Program-made: the position numbers and the translations under genes
Notes under the pieces: model-generated
Seen by the model: the letters and a program-made list of their open reading frames with translations, nothing else
Told to the model about the DNA's origin: nothing
Databases searched by the model: none
Assembly (NCBI GenBank): GCA_036785375.1
Contig: JAWMAR010000001.1
Coordinates: forward strand, 23,126,001-23,190,000
Direction: 5' to 3'
DNA: 64,000 nucleotides
From: Leucoraja ocellata
Lineage: Eukaryota
Shown here: piece by piece, positions 25,836-38,235 of the stretch
Numbering within the stretch: the first letter of the stretch is position 1
Layout: each line of letters starts with the position of its first letter

Positions 25836-25889
25836 TTGGTTCTTGCTGCTTTTGTATCGTGTCAACTGCTTCCTCTTTGTGGGCTATAT
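25836..25889 (-). CDS. ATF7IP: ATF7IP 54-nt coding exon (DIAHKEEAVDTIQKQQEP)
   Basis: Acceptor ttttgcttcgtag, donor A|gtaagt, phase 1 to 1, open. Sits where mammalian ATF7IP has a short acidic exon. Confidence 0.75.
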
Positions 25890-26783
25890 CTACGAAGCAA
25901 AATGTTAAAGCACCAAATGAGCCAGGGATTAATTATGTGCCACAAGCATTTAATTGAAATATTGCTGTTTTCACCCTCATGGTTCAAATTAGCCATTACT
26001 GGGAGTTTGGACGTTCTCCTTGTAAACTGCGTGGGTTTTCTCCAGATGCACCCACATTCCAATAACAAACTCAAATGGTCTTAAACAACTCACTTTGTTG
26101 GCTCCGATACCATCAATTAATATCAGAACCAAATAGCCTTCAACTTTAATTAACCTGTAACTTATTTTCCATTGCCTATCCCAGCTACACAGAAGAATTG
26201 AAGGTCTGTCTTCAGCTATCTGGGTTACACTCTAGGGGGCCAAAGGAACCTCATTGACCAAACCCTCCCTAAATAACAGCTCTCTGGCCAAGTTTTTGAC
26301 CTACTCACCAAATCCTCTGGTTAAAATCCATTTTTTCAAAATCTGATTACATTCTTTTGAAGCACCTTCAGATTTCCTTACAATATTTAAAAGGTTTATA
26401 CAAATGCTTTCACAACACCTTCACAATTATTTAATTTCTCAGTCCATTTTTTTAATCCTCACTTATGCTACAGGGTTTTTTTCATTTCCATGTCCATTAT
26501 CAATATAGTCATAATTTGGTATTACGTGAAAAAATGTTGAACCCTTCAAAAGGAAGACTATACATATTATACAGAATGTTTACACACTGGGCAAGTAGCA
26601 AGTTCTTTTTGTTGAACTTCAGCAACAAGCTCGAAGGCAAGAGTGTATAACAATCTCTGTCCTAACAATCTATACCATCACGATACAAAACCCTGAATTT
26701 CCCACGTTTATATCATTACAGACAAATTATGATGAGTCACACCCATTAGGAGAAAGAACAAAAATCATACTTCAAAAACTATA

Positions 26784-27237
26784 CAGGTCGATCACTGATT
26801 TTCTGGAAACTGGTGGTCCGGCAATTGGTGGTCCACCCCAGAAGTACCACCGAAAATGTGGCTCCTAAGCCGGGTGAGCTGATCGATCTCGACCTCATCG
26901 GGACTGCCACATCGTTCAGTGGGTCAAAGTTGCCAGTGTTCTGGAACGCCAGCCAGGTTAGAGCAGGCAGATCCACCCCCATAGCCGACTTCCACAGCTG
27001 GTCGGCTGGTTGTATTTGTCCCCTGCAGCCAGGGCTCTGGAACTGCAGCCTGGCTGGAGCCGGAAAATCCATTCCCCTAAGTGAGGCTGCAGGCCGATAT
27101 CTGCACCCCTTCGCAGCCTAGATGGACCATTCCGGTTCCGTTGGACTCCTTTCAGGGGACCTCTTTTGGTTCAGCAAAACAGATAATCCAGAAAGGCTCT
27201 GGAACCAAGGGTGCCGGAAAAGTCAGTGGTCGACCTG
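26784..27237. mobile_element. Tc1/mariner (pogo/Tigger-like) MITE
   Basis: TIRs CAGGTCGATCACTGATTTTC / GAAAAGTCAGTGGTCGACCTG with TA on both sides. Confidence 0.85.
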
Positions 27238-27265
27238 TATACTCATTGAGCAAGTGGCAAGTAGT

Positions 27266-27487
27266 AAAGGTGTCCAACTTGACAATTTTTTTGTCGACTG
27301 CCGGCATCATTGACTGGAAAATTTGCGGCGTGATGCAGCTGTGACGACGTATGATGCGCGGTGTTTTTTTAAGTGTCGCAACATTTTTTTTTGTGCCGCT
27401 GGATTTTGAAATGGTCAAAATCTTTTGAAGACACTGATATGACACCGGCAGTTGCCGAAAAAAAATCGGCAAGTGGGACAGACACTA
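27266..27487. mobile_element. Harbinger-like MITE, degenerate
   Basis: Ends ggtgtccaactt...aagtgggacagacac resemble the GGGCCTGTCCCACT family; internal imperfect palindrome. Confidence 0.55.
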
Positions 27488-27583
27488 GATGAAAGTGTAA
27501 CTAAGCCTCTTAAAACTTCAAACTGTACCCAAAATTTATTGAGCAAGACTGCACAAGATAATAATGACAATAATAAGTCATAC

Positions 27584-28673
27584 CTGGAGGACTATCATTT
27601 TTTGGTACCAGCTCTTCACTTTCTCTTTGCATCTCAATTACTGGCTCATCCTCATCTGATAAGACAAGAAATGCCTCTTCCGGCAAGCTGCCATTACATT
27701 CCTCTTTTGTTGGAGAACTACTGAGAAAAGTGTCCATTTGTTCTTCTTGCACTGGAATGTCCTTTGGTGTTGGGGATTCCACTTCAGGAACAACTTCTCG
27801 CTTGTTGGATAATTCGCTTTCCTTCTCTGGGGCCAATTTCTCCAAAATAGGAATTATTTCTTCAATTTCCAGTATGCAATTCCCAAATGATCTGCACTCA
27901 CCTGCTGTGTCTTTTACTGCATTTTCATTTTCGGTCTCTGCACACTCCATCTTAGAGCTTTCACCATCATTTTTCTCCTGCACTGATTCTATGCTACTTG
28001 ATATTGCCTCTTCACTAATATCCATTGAACTTTCATGGTCTTCCTTTTCTCTCACAGAGGAAGAAGGAGACTTTAACTTAAGGCTATTTTCATCTGGTAC
28101 ATCATCGTGATCCCTGTTTTTGTCCACAGAAGGTGGTTTCCCTTCTTCTAAAAGGCTCTGGGGTTCAGTACATGATTTAACTGCAATTAGAGAATCCTCC
28201 TTCAACACAACAATCTCTGAATTCACTGCAACATCTCCTGTGCTCTCATTATCCATCAAATTTTGGTTTTCTGCATTCTCAGTAGACGTTTGTTCATCTT
28301 CAGCAGCCGGGGGGGTTGAGTCATTTTTTTCATCTTGGGGTCTCAAATCCTTATCATCATTTGGACATTTTTCAGCAGGACTCGGTTCAGGTGTCTCATC
28401 AATGGAGTTGCCCTGTAGTTCTTCTGGACCCAGCCTCACATCATTAATGCTATCAATGTCTGTATCATCCATGCAGTTGGTATTTAGAGATATTTTGCCG
28501 TCAGAATCTCCATTTTCATGTCTACCATTACACAATTTAGTTTTGTTTTCGTCATTTGATTTTAAAAGCTCCTCTTTGCTTTTATAGACGACTTCTAACT
28601 GCTGACGGTCACTTGTGCGCATGGTTTTTCTGGCCTTAAAAACTTTTCTTGGAAGCTCTTCACTGGTATCCAT
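27584..28673 (-). CDS. ATF7IP: ATF7IP first coding exon (acidic N-terminal region); exon starts at 28683 with 10 nt of 5' UTR
   Basis: MDTSEELPRKVFKARKTMRTSDRQQLE, EEIIPILEKLAP and LPEEAFLVLSDE match remembered vertebrate ATF7IP motifs. Acceptor ttccttcttctcag; donor CCAG|gtatga (phase 1). Confidence 0.96.
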
Positions 28674-31669
28674 CTCAGAATGCCTGAGAAGAAGGAAAGA
28701 AGAAACTGTCAGTAGTGACTTGTTGACTCAACCAGCCTTACTATAAAGTCAGTGACTGCTGAGTATTTGGTTAAAAAATGCTGCAAAATGGCTGTTCATC
28801 CCAATGTAAAAAGTAAAAATAGGCAATGATTTTAAATGGATTTTTAAATGTTTGTAGTTTCTTTGCATGCTGTACGGACAATTTAAAAAAAAAAAAAATC
28901 ACTGATCAATTTCACCATTTTGCAACAAGCAAAATTCCAAAAGGGGTTTTAATTTGAGTGATTTCTCAAAGAGGTATATCTTCGTTAGGAAAATACCGAC
29001 TCCTCAGTTTAAATGCTATGATTTAGGATCAAATAATTAGTTGTAACAAATAAATGTCTAGATTTCTTCCCTTAATCCCCACAACTCACTTAACAATTTC
29101 AGATTGATAAATTCACAAATTGCTCAACATTGAATTTGATTGCTGGTCACTCCAAGACCTCATGCCTGAACTGCCCTGGATTAAATATTTATTCTATTCC
29201 TACTATAAACTTTGTACACTTAAACTGCTCAACATCCTACAAACAACTTAATCCGTCCTCTAGTCTCTCATGAGAAAAAAAACAGATGGATGGAATTCCA
29301 TCCACTTTATTTCTCACGGGTATAATGCATTCAGTGTTCCGTTTTGGATCAATTTTTTCCTAACAGCTGAAACAGTCAAATAAATTGCTAATAAACTTTA
29401 AATAAAATAAATTTGAATAACTGAGCAAAATAATGTACAACGGATGGAGCTGCTTTAGAGTTCAGCAGAGGCCTTTCTTGACTGAAATCCCATTTAACAC
29501 ATGGAGCCTCACTTATGTTATACTAAAATTGTTGCTTTCTGGGTATATTATTACCTCGCTGAGAGAGTGTAGATAAGGGATTGTGGTAGGAGAGTGAATA
29601 TTTGATTTCAACATTAAAGTGATCCCAAAATTCAGTTGAGCCACATAAGCTGCAATTCGGGGATGAAAAGAAAATTCACAATAGGTCTAAGCTATTAAAA
29701 GGAAACTGGAATAAATGCTGTGAAAACTACAACCAAATTCTATTTTGAAAATCAGGTCATTTTCCCTTTACAAGTGTGCACAAACCCTGTAGTCCTTACA
29801 TTCTTTTAAGATCCACTCCTCATTATGACAGCAGAGGGCACTCTTGCTCCCCCTTAAATAAACAGTTGTTTAGCAAAGAGAATGCAAGCAAGAGTGTGGA
29901 GCTAATTTCATTTTTCAAAATAGCTGGGGACATTTTAGGTAGGCAACAATCATGTTTCAATGCACATATTTGACTTGTTTAATTCAATAAACAAATCACC
30001 TCCTTGCAACAACAGCTAGCACACATATACTTTAAAAATGTAACATTACTTGTCGCTTCGAACTGCTTATTTCAAATAAACTCATCCCTACACTTGGTAG
30101 AATCAATTCTACTAAGAGAACTCATTCAATCAGCATGTTAAAACCTTTTAAAAGGTGCATTTTCATCCATTGAAAGCCATATTATAAAATGTGCTTGTGT
30201 ATTCTATTTGGTAGACTACAATCGCAAATCTTTCTTGGTAATGAGTGGTGCAACATTGCAGGACTTGCAACAGCTCTTTCAGGACGAGTGCCATAGCATT
30301 AGTGACTGCCACCTTCTTGAAACCTTAAATATTGAACTAATGCTGTATCAATAGAAGTATTGTCTTGTTAAGTAGATAATATGGACACTCATTTGCATTT
30401 GCTTGGTACTTGAGCAAACAGAATACAAACTCCATTTTGTCCTTGCAGAGATCCAATGACATCCTCCATCAGTCATTTCCATAACATTAACATTCCTTTC
30501 ATTCAGGTCTTGTTGCACTGAAAACAAATATTATCTTAGCTTTGAACTAGTTGCCACATGTATTCTGTCATCCTGACCTTGTGATTAGTAGTGGGAATGG
30601 AAACATTTAGCAGTGATCGTCCACTTTGCCCATAAGCACAGGTGTGGCCTTGCCACAGTAGACAAGATCTATCGTCTGGCCTGTTTACAGTAATAATGCA
30701 GCAATCAACAGCAATAAATGCAATTTACCTTGTGGCCCAACAGCAATATCAGGGGCACTGGAAATGTAATGCGTTTTCATGTAAATTAATTGTAGAGAAT
30801 TTTAATCGACAGAGATGGGTGGGAGAATTTCCACTTGGCTGGGATTTAAATTTATGTTGTTGGATCAAATTTACATATCATTTTATTTTTTCAGTTTTAG
30901 ATTACAAAATTCAGACAAAATAAGATTCTCCATTCACTGGTTACCGATCAAATGCTCAAAGTAAAATGTTAATGCAACGCATTTGAATCAGTTATTTTTT
31001 AAAACCTGCGTCACTCAGTAAATAACGAATCAGGAAACGTAATTAAAGTGGAACGATAGTTTTGAAGAAAACCCCCACCTGTTTGCAGAAGTGAAATAAC
31101 TCCAGGGACATTGGCTGCATGTAATCATGCTGCTAATCTCCCGCAAGATTTATCAAATGATCACATTGTTAGGCAATATCCTGTTTTCGCAGTTTGTAAC
31201 ATTGTTCCGCCTATTCAATATTAATGAAAAATGCAACCAACATTTGATTCCAATCCAATCTGATTTGCCCATCCCATAAAGCACCGTGAGTGCTCCACTT
31301 TCAGACCTGCAGCTGCACTGAAACATGGTTCAATGGATAAACAATTACTGTCCCAATCCTTTGTTGCATTTGATAATAAACTGTTAATTATTCAAAAAAG
31401 TGACACAAAAAGCTGGAGTAACTCAGCGGGTCAGGCAGCATCTTTGGAGAAAAGGAATAGGTGACGTTTCGGGTCGAGACTCTTCTTCAGACAACTTGTC
31501 CAATGTAACCAAACACGGCTTTATTTTTAAGCTTGGAAAATTCTGGTATGTCAAGAATTCCTGATTGTGTACATAATCTTTCAAATAAACCTGCAAAAAT
31601 AATTGTCATGAATTATTTTTATTAATTTCTGCAATACAGAAAACAAGTGTAAAAATATACTGGACATAC

Positions 31670-32040
31670 CCATGAGGCAGCCCTTGCAGCCATTTTGTAA
31701 CCCAGTCTCAGCAACGGCAGAAAAAAATACTTCACCTTCCTTGAAGTCAGAGCACTGGGAGGGGAGTGGGGGATGGGCGAGGGGGGGGAAGGGTGAAATA
31801 GCTTCAGCCCGATAGGCTTGTATAATCAGATCCAGAACTACCAATAAAGAGCTGCTCAGAGCAGCTGAGCAATCAGCAGCCAGCACTGTAAATTCCACCC
31901 GGCAACAGATGGGGGGAGGGGGGGGGGGCAAAGGAGGTGATTGTATGGCAATAATTGAAAGGAGTGGGGAAAAGCAGATAGCTGAAAAGTAAAGGCAATT
32001 ATCAGAAGACAATGAGCTTCTGTAAATTATGCAAATTGAC
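31670..32040 (-). promoter_or_regulatory. Candidate alternative promoter / first exon of ATF7IP
   Basis: Non-repetitive segment with donor TGG|gtatgt at 31670/31669, YY1-like AAAATGGC, RFX-like GTTGCTGAGAC, G/C tracts and octamer ATGCAAAT (32029-32036). Confidence 0.5.
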
Positions 32041-32716
32041 TCCTTTAAATATACACAAATGAGGATGATAAAAAAAACACCTTCCTGTCCTCTTAAAAGG
32101 TTTACATGAATGCGCTTTTGTCCACTGCAGTAGAAAATGCTTCATTAATCAATTATCTTTATGCAGGGAAGAACTGCATATCTATGCATGGGTACTCGTA
32201 CTGTATGTGATAACTCTCACACTATCTTAAAATCTTCCCACAAGTAACAGCTTTAGGGTCTTTAAACGTGACACAAGGCAGACCGTATTTGCAGAGGCTG
32301 CAGCTGATATCGCATCAGGGTTACACAGTATCATCGTGATTATACAGCTGAATGAATGCAGGATGCAATTCAAAACACATCTGCCTCAAATACACAGCCT
32401 CTTCTCATTGCCACCCACAGATACCGTAAAGATTATGGTTCTATATTCGTGCATGGGGCTGGAAAGAGAAAAAGAGGGTGGCATCATATAACAAATTAAA
32501 TTATAATATAGCAACCACCCGTAACCCTCCTTCAAAATAAAAGACGGTCAAAATCAGAACAATTTTTAAAAGGCATTCACTCTTTATTTGGGTGCTTCAA
32601 GTCACTCAATATGCAGCTATCAAAAGGTCATAAGCATTCTTCTGCACATAAAGACAAAGTTAATGCATTGGTCAGTCCCCACATTAAAAATTCCTGAAAA
32701 AAGGTTACTAAATTAA

Positions 32717-33020
32717 AGGGCCTGGCCCACTAAACGAGTTTACCCAGAGCTCTCTCGAGTTTAAAAAATCAAACACGTGGCAAGTACGTAGAATGTACGT
32801 AGCGGGTACGTCGGAGCTCGGGACGTCTCTTAGCGGCTCGTAACGCTAACGGCAGGTAGTCGGGAAACGCGGTAAACACATGATCATTTTTCAACATGTT
32901 GAAAAATGCCCACGAGAGCCCCGAGTACCTACGAACGGCTATTACCGTAATTCTCCCGAGTTCAAATCTGGGGAAACTCGGGACAACTCTTGAATTACTT
33001 CGTACAGTGGGACAGGCCCA
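32717..33020. mobile_element. PIF/Harbinger-like MITE
   Basis: TIRs GGGCCTGGCCCACT / AGTGGGACAGGCCC, TAA on both sides, central palindrome tttttcaacatgttgaaaaa. Confidence 0.85.
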
Positions 33021-33137
33021 TAAGTGAGTGTGCTTGTTATAAATCTCGTGACATTTGTTTTTTTTTGCAGTATCAAGGAAAGGCAGGCTGTTCTGAAAAC
33101 ATAAGCCAATATTTATGGAAACTATCTAATTAACTAG

Positions 33138-33270
33138 TAGATACAAGATGCTGGAATAACTCAGCGGGATAGGCAACATCCCTGGAGAAAAGGAACAGGT
33201 AGCATTTCGGGTCAAGACCCTTCTTCAGACTATCTTCGTTGTAAACTAGCATCTGCAGTTCCTTCTTACC
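33138..33270. mobile_element. Penelope-derived short insertion with hammerhead core
   Basis: Direct repeat aattaactag at 33128-33137 and 33271-33280; minus-strand CTGAAGAAGGGTCTTGACCCGAAA. Confidence 0.75.
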
Positions 33271-33499
33271 AATTAACTAGATACGCAAAAGTATTAAAAT
33301 ATCAGGCAGCCAAAAAACAAAATCAAATAGCTCTCTCTGACTTTTTTATAATTTCTGGACGAAGTGCACTGAAATTCACGATTAAAATTAGTTTGTCTTA
33401 AATATCAAGGTGCAATCACACTAAGCTCACAGAGTAAACAGTAAATGTATTGTTGATACATACAACAAATACAATGACGAATGCAAAAGAGCAGAAGGG

Positions 33500-34620
33500 G
33501 GCAAAGGCTGCAGTGCAAATTAAAGATTAAAGTCCAGTAACAAATGAGATAGTTAGGAAAAAGAGAACATGGCAGCACCTCTGGAAAAAGGGTGTGAAAG
33601 GTGATTGGTTCACAAGTCTGAGCGCAGTGGGGAATAACCAATTTTTAAGACCGGACCTCCAAATTTTCAATGTCCCGTATCTTCTCCCGGAGGCAGAAAA
33701 GAAAATGGAATGGCCAAGTGGCCGACATATTTGTCGATACTTCCAGCCTTCCTGATGCAGCACACCCTGAAGATGGATTAGGTAGAAGGGAGTGACGAGC
33801 CTGTGATGGCCTGGACTGTGTTCACCACTCTCTTCAGGTTCAGGTGGTCAAGAGCAGACCAGGCTGTGATGTATCCTGTCAGAATACTTTTTATAGCGCA
33901 GCTATAGAAGTTTGAGAGAATCCTCATAGACGTGCTGAATTGTTTCAGACGCCCAAGAAAGTAAACATGCTGAGGCACTTTCTAAATCTAGAAAAGTCCA
34001 AGTTCCTATGCATCCTTTGCCCCTTAACACAGACGCAATGATCTAGAAAATTGCCCAAATCTATAGCAGCTTTGTAGACGATATCCGCTTCCTTAGGTCG
34101 GCATCCAATTCTTTTGTCTTGCTGACGATATTAAGGGCTAGGTCGTTGTCATGACATCATTCTGAACGCATCCATGCTACCATGATACAAGGCTACCGAT
34201 TAATCCAGCTGACAACAGCGGCATCATCAGCAAACTTAAAAATCAAGTTGGCTTTATACTTGGCCACACTGTCATGGATGTCGAAGGGAGTAGAGCAAGG
34301 GGCCAAGCACAATCTTGAGGGAGACCAGTGTTGAGGATCAGGATGGAGGAAATGTTATGGCTAGTTCTAATCAACAGAGGTCCGGCTGGTCAGAAAAAAC
34401 AAAATCAATTGCTGATCGTGGCTCCAAGGCTTTGGTCCAGATGTTTAAGGAGGATGTTATTCCGTGTTGTGGTGTTGAAGTTCAAGCTGTATTCAATGAA
34501 TAGCATCCTGACATGGTGTTTGTATTGTCCAGGTGATCCAGGGGTGAATGTAGAGCAAGAGTGATGACTGGCTCAGATGTAGGCTATTACAATTCATTCA
34601 AAGCAATTCATGTTGATGCT
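33500..34620 (-). mobile_element. Rex1/Babar-type LINE RT fragment, degenerate
   Basis: KFADDAAVV, YFLGRLKQF and SILTGYITAW motifs. Confidence 0.75.
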
Positions 34621-34709
34621 AAAAGTACTGAGTAGTAATTATTGAGAGTTTGTGAACTTGGAATATTGGAGTTTCCTTGAAGCAGATGGGGTCAGCAGAC
34701 AGTTTAAAA

Positions 34710-35165
34710 GTAAAGATACACAAAAATGTTGGAGAAACTCAGCGGGTGCAGCAGCATCTATGAAGCGGAGGAAATAGGCAACGTTTCGGGCCAAAACCCT
34801 TCTTCAGACTGATGGGGGGTGGCGGGGAGAAGAAAGGAAAAAGGAGGAGGAGCCCGAGGGCTGAGGGATGGGAGGAGACAGCCCGAAGACTGGGGAAGGG
34901 GAGGAGACAGCAAGGGCTAACAAAATTGGGAGAATTCAATGTTCATGCCCGCAGGATGCAGACTCCCAAGTGGAATATGAGGTGCTGTTCCTACAATTTC
35001 CTGTGTTGCTCGCTCTGGCCATGGAGGGGACCCAGGACAGAGAGGTCGGATGGGGAATGGGAGGGGGAGTTGAAGTGCTGAACCACCGGGAGGTCAGCTT
35101 GGTTATTGCGGACCGAGCGGAGGTGTTCGGCGAAGCGATCGCCCAGCCTCCGCATGGTCTCACCG
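34710..35165 (-). mobile_element. Penelope 3' end: GIY-YIG endonuclease tail plus terminal repeat with hammerhead core
   Basis: GETMRRLGDRFAEHLRSV...PVVQHFNSPSH followed by CTGAAGAAGGGTTTTGGCCCGAAAC. Confidence 0.85.
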
Positions 35166-36109
35166 TGAAGCAAAGTTGAAGATATTGGCCAAGATTGTGG
35201 CCAGTTGATCGGCACACAATTTCAGAAATGTCCAGTTACTCCATCCAGACCAGCCTCCTTCCAAGAGTTTACCCTCACAAAAGCAGATATGCCACCAAGA
35301 TATATGGGACTGAGTCAGCAGATGACGAGGGTACACATTTAAGTGGAGCTTTGATTGCCAGTTCATCGAGTAGAGATGCATCTTTGTCAAACTGACCCGA
35401 CTTTGGCTTGTAGCACATGATAGTGTTCAGTCCCAGTCAGAATCACTTGGCATCCACTAGATTAAGTAGAGCTTCCAGCTTATTTTGGAAGTCTCTCTTG
35501 GCACTCTGACAGCCTTGTGCATCTATTCACAAATTGATGATAAATAACAACTACTTATGCACCTATTTAGGTTAATATGCAGAGCTATCAAGGCCTCACT
35601 AGGCCTCGACCTGGCTCCATTAGTTATTTATAATCCTCCTTCATAACCATTCAGGTGGTGACATAACATAAGATTAATCAATTTAAATGTGAACCCATTC
35701 ATAGGTACACTAAGAGAAGCTGCAGAGTGTATTCATCAGTTGTGATTTAAGGTTGGTGGGTCCTCAAATGCAGACTACGTTTCAATGCAGCTAACCTGTT
35801 TCAGTGCACAAACAGGCAACAAGCCAAAAAGGCATAGAAAATGATTTGTTTACCGCAAATTAGAAAGCTTCAACCCGACACCAGCTAATGATACAAAATC
35901 AGTAACTGAAATCTGTGGAGAATGAATTTCTTAATCAAGTAATGAGATGATCAAGTAAAGACTTTTAAGCCATCTAACTGCATTAGCGATTTAAGATTGC
36001 CTGATGGGCCCAACCGACTCAGCAAGTGGAAGCATGGGGTAGACTTCCTTTGTGCAAGAAAACTTGGATACTGGGAAGGACTTCAGGTAAGACGGAAGTG
36101 TCAATGTCC

Positions 36110-37835
36110 TTCCCCCTTCCCTAGCATCCTTCTGGTCAATGTTCAGTCACTGGAGAGAACAAGGTAGAAGACCTGAGAGCAAGACTGCTGTATCGGATTC
36201 ATACGCGGGACTGCTGTGTACTGTTTCGCAGAGAAATAGCTCACCCCCAACTCTACAGACACTCCGGATTTTCTTATCCACCACATGGGCTGGATGACGG
36301 CATCTTTTGAAGGAAGAGGCGATGGCGTATGCTTCATAATAAATCCGTCACTGTGTTCGGAAATGGCAGTCATAACCCATTCCTGTTCCCTTGCCCTGGA
36401 ACAACTGATTGTAACGACTATTCTACCTATCGAGTTCTCATCAGTCATACCAACTGACAGTTTACATCCCGTCTCATCAGACATCACGCTAGCACTTGAG
36501 GAATTGAGTGCCATGATCAACAAGCATTAAATGGTGTATCCAGGTGCCTTTCAAGTCATCACTGGGAGGCTACAACCAGGCTACCTGCCAAACCAACAAC
36601 ACCAGCAGACCCAACACACTGCTATACCACTATCAGAAACGTCTATCGCTCCATTCATTGCCTTCACTGAGGAAAATCTCAAGACCTGTTCATGCTTCTT
36701 CCTGTCCAGACAGTGATTGAAGAGCGTGGCATGGGGCTAAGAGGACGAAGAAGTGCTTGTCAGGGGAGACAGAGAAATAGTTGGGGACTGCTTTGAGTCT
36801 GTAGATTGGGCCACATTCAAGGATTCATCAACGGACCTGAATGAAGATGTCACAATTGTCACCCAACATCATAAATAAAATTTTCGACAAATTTGTACCC
36901 ACAAAAATAATCCCAGTCACCCCAACCAGAAGCCAATCAGGAAACTCAATCTGCTGAGGGCTAGACTTGTGGCATTTAAGGCTGGTGATCCATTTTCAGG
37001 CAAATCCAGGTATGACTTCCTGAAAGTCACCAAGGGACTATTTCATGCTAAGCTGGAGACAGATGAACGCTGGCAGCAGACAAGGATTTTATGCCATCGC
37101 CTCACACAAGGCAAAACCACACTGCAGAAGCGACAGTGACACATCACTTCCAGAAAAGTTCAACACCTTCATGCATGCTTTGAAAGGGAGAGAAAATTAC
37201 ACACCTACACAAGTCCCCGTAGCCATTAACGACCATGAGATCAATGTCAGGGCATCATACAAGGAAGTAATAAATCAATTAAAAGTATCCAGCCCAATGT
37301 GCCGAGTACTAAAAATGGGTGCAGATCAACTGACTGGGGTTTTCAATGACATCTTTGACCTCTCGTTTCCATGGTCCGAGCTTCCTACTGCTTCAAAAGG
37401 TTATTCAGCGGACCGGTGCCCAAAAGCAGCGACCTAACCCAATGAACACCATCCAGTAGCACTTACAGCAATCGTAATGAAATGCTTTGAGATGTTGCTC
37501 AAAACACTTGCCTTAGAAATGGACTGGATCCACTTCAATTTGTCAATTGCCACAACAGGTCAGCAGTTGCTACCTCATGGCTCTCCATTCTGCAATGGAA
37601 CATCTAGGTAACAGAAACACATTATTCAGCCTGTTGATCATCGAACACAGCTTGGTGTTCAATAATATCATCCTCTTAGAATTCATCACCAAGCTCCCAG
37701 ACCTGTGCCTCCCTGTACAACTGGATCTTTGACTTCCTCACTGGCAGACCTCTGTGTAGATTGGTAACATTTCCTCCTCCCTGACCATCACCACTGCTGT
37801 ACGTCAAGGCTGCATGCTTAGTTCCGTGCTCAACT
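36110..37835 (+). mobile_element. Rex1/Babar-type LINE (APE endonuclease to RT), heavily decayed
   Basis: RGDGVCFIIN, LKMGADQLTGVFNDIFDLS, PVALTAIVMKCFE and a QG motif near 37805. Confidence 0.8.
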
Positions 37836-38235
37836 CTCAAGTCACTTATGTCAACCAAGCTTTCAGCTCCTTTGACCTAACACACCAGGAAGGCAAGAAC
37901 ATGCACATCCAGCACACATGGGTTGAACATGTACGCAGTTATCAAGCTTTCCTTCTGGCTGGAAAGGGAGAAGTGTGGCTGCAACTCCAGCAGCAGCAAC
38001 ATAGTTTCATTCCCCTTCTTCCAGATGTCCTGGAGCAGCTTGCTTGAAGTATCCATTGTCTGGGAAGCTCTGAGGTGGTAGACATCCATAGCCTCAAATT
38101 TGCAACTTTCGAGTAGAACCTTCTTGACGAAAAGTTCCATGGGGAAGAGGTTTCCTTTCACTGAGATCCCTCATTGTCACTCTGACCATGTTGCGAACCC
38201 CTCGTCTCCTGAAGTGAGACTGCAGTCATCCTGAA
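37836..38235 (-). mobile_element. Tx1/L1-type ORF1 (ZCCHC3-like) fragment
   Basis: LFVKKVLLESCKF and ITAYMFNPCVLDVHVLAFL resemble remembered fish Tx1 ORF1 sequences; not database-checked. Confidence 0.5.

Noticed and set aside
27730-28587. Plus-strand Ser-rich ORFs
   Set aside because: Antisense shadows of the acidic ATF7IP exon.
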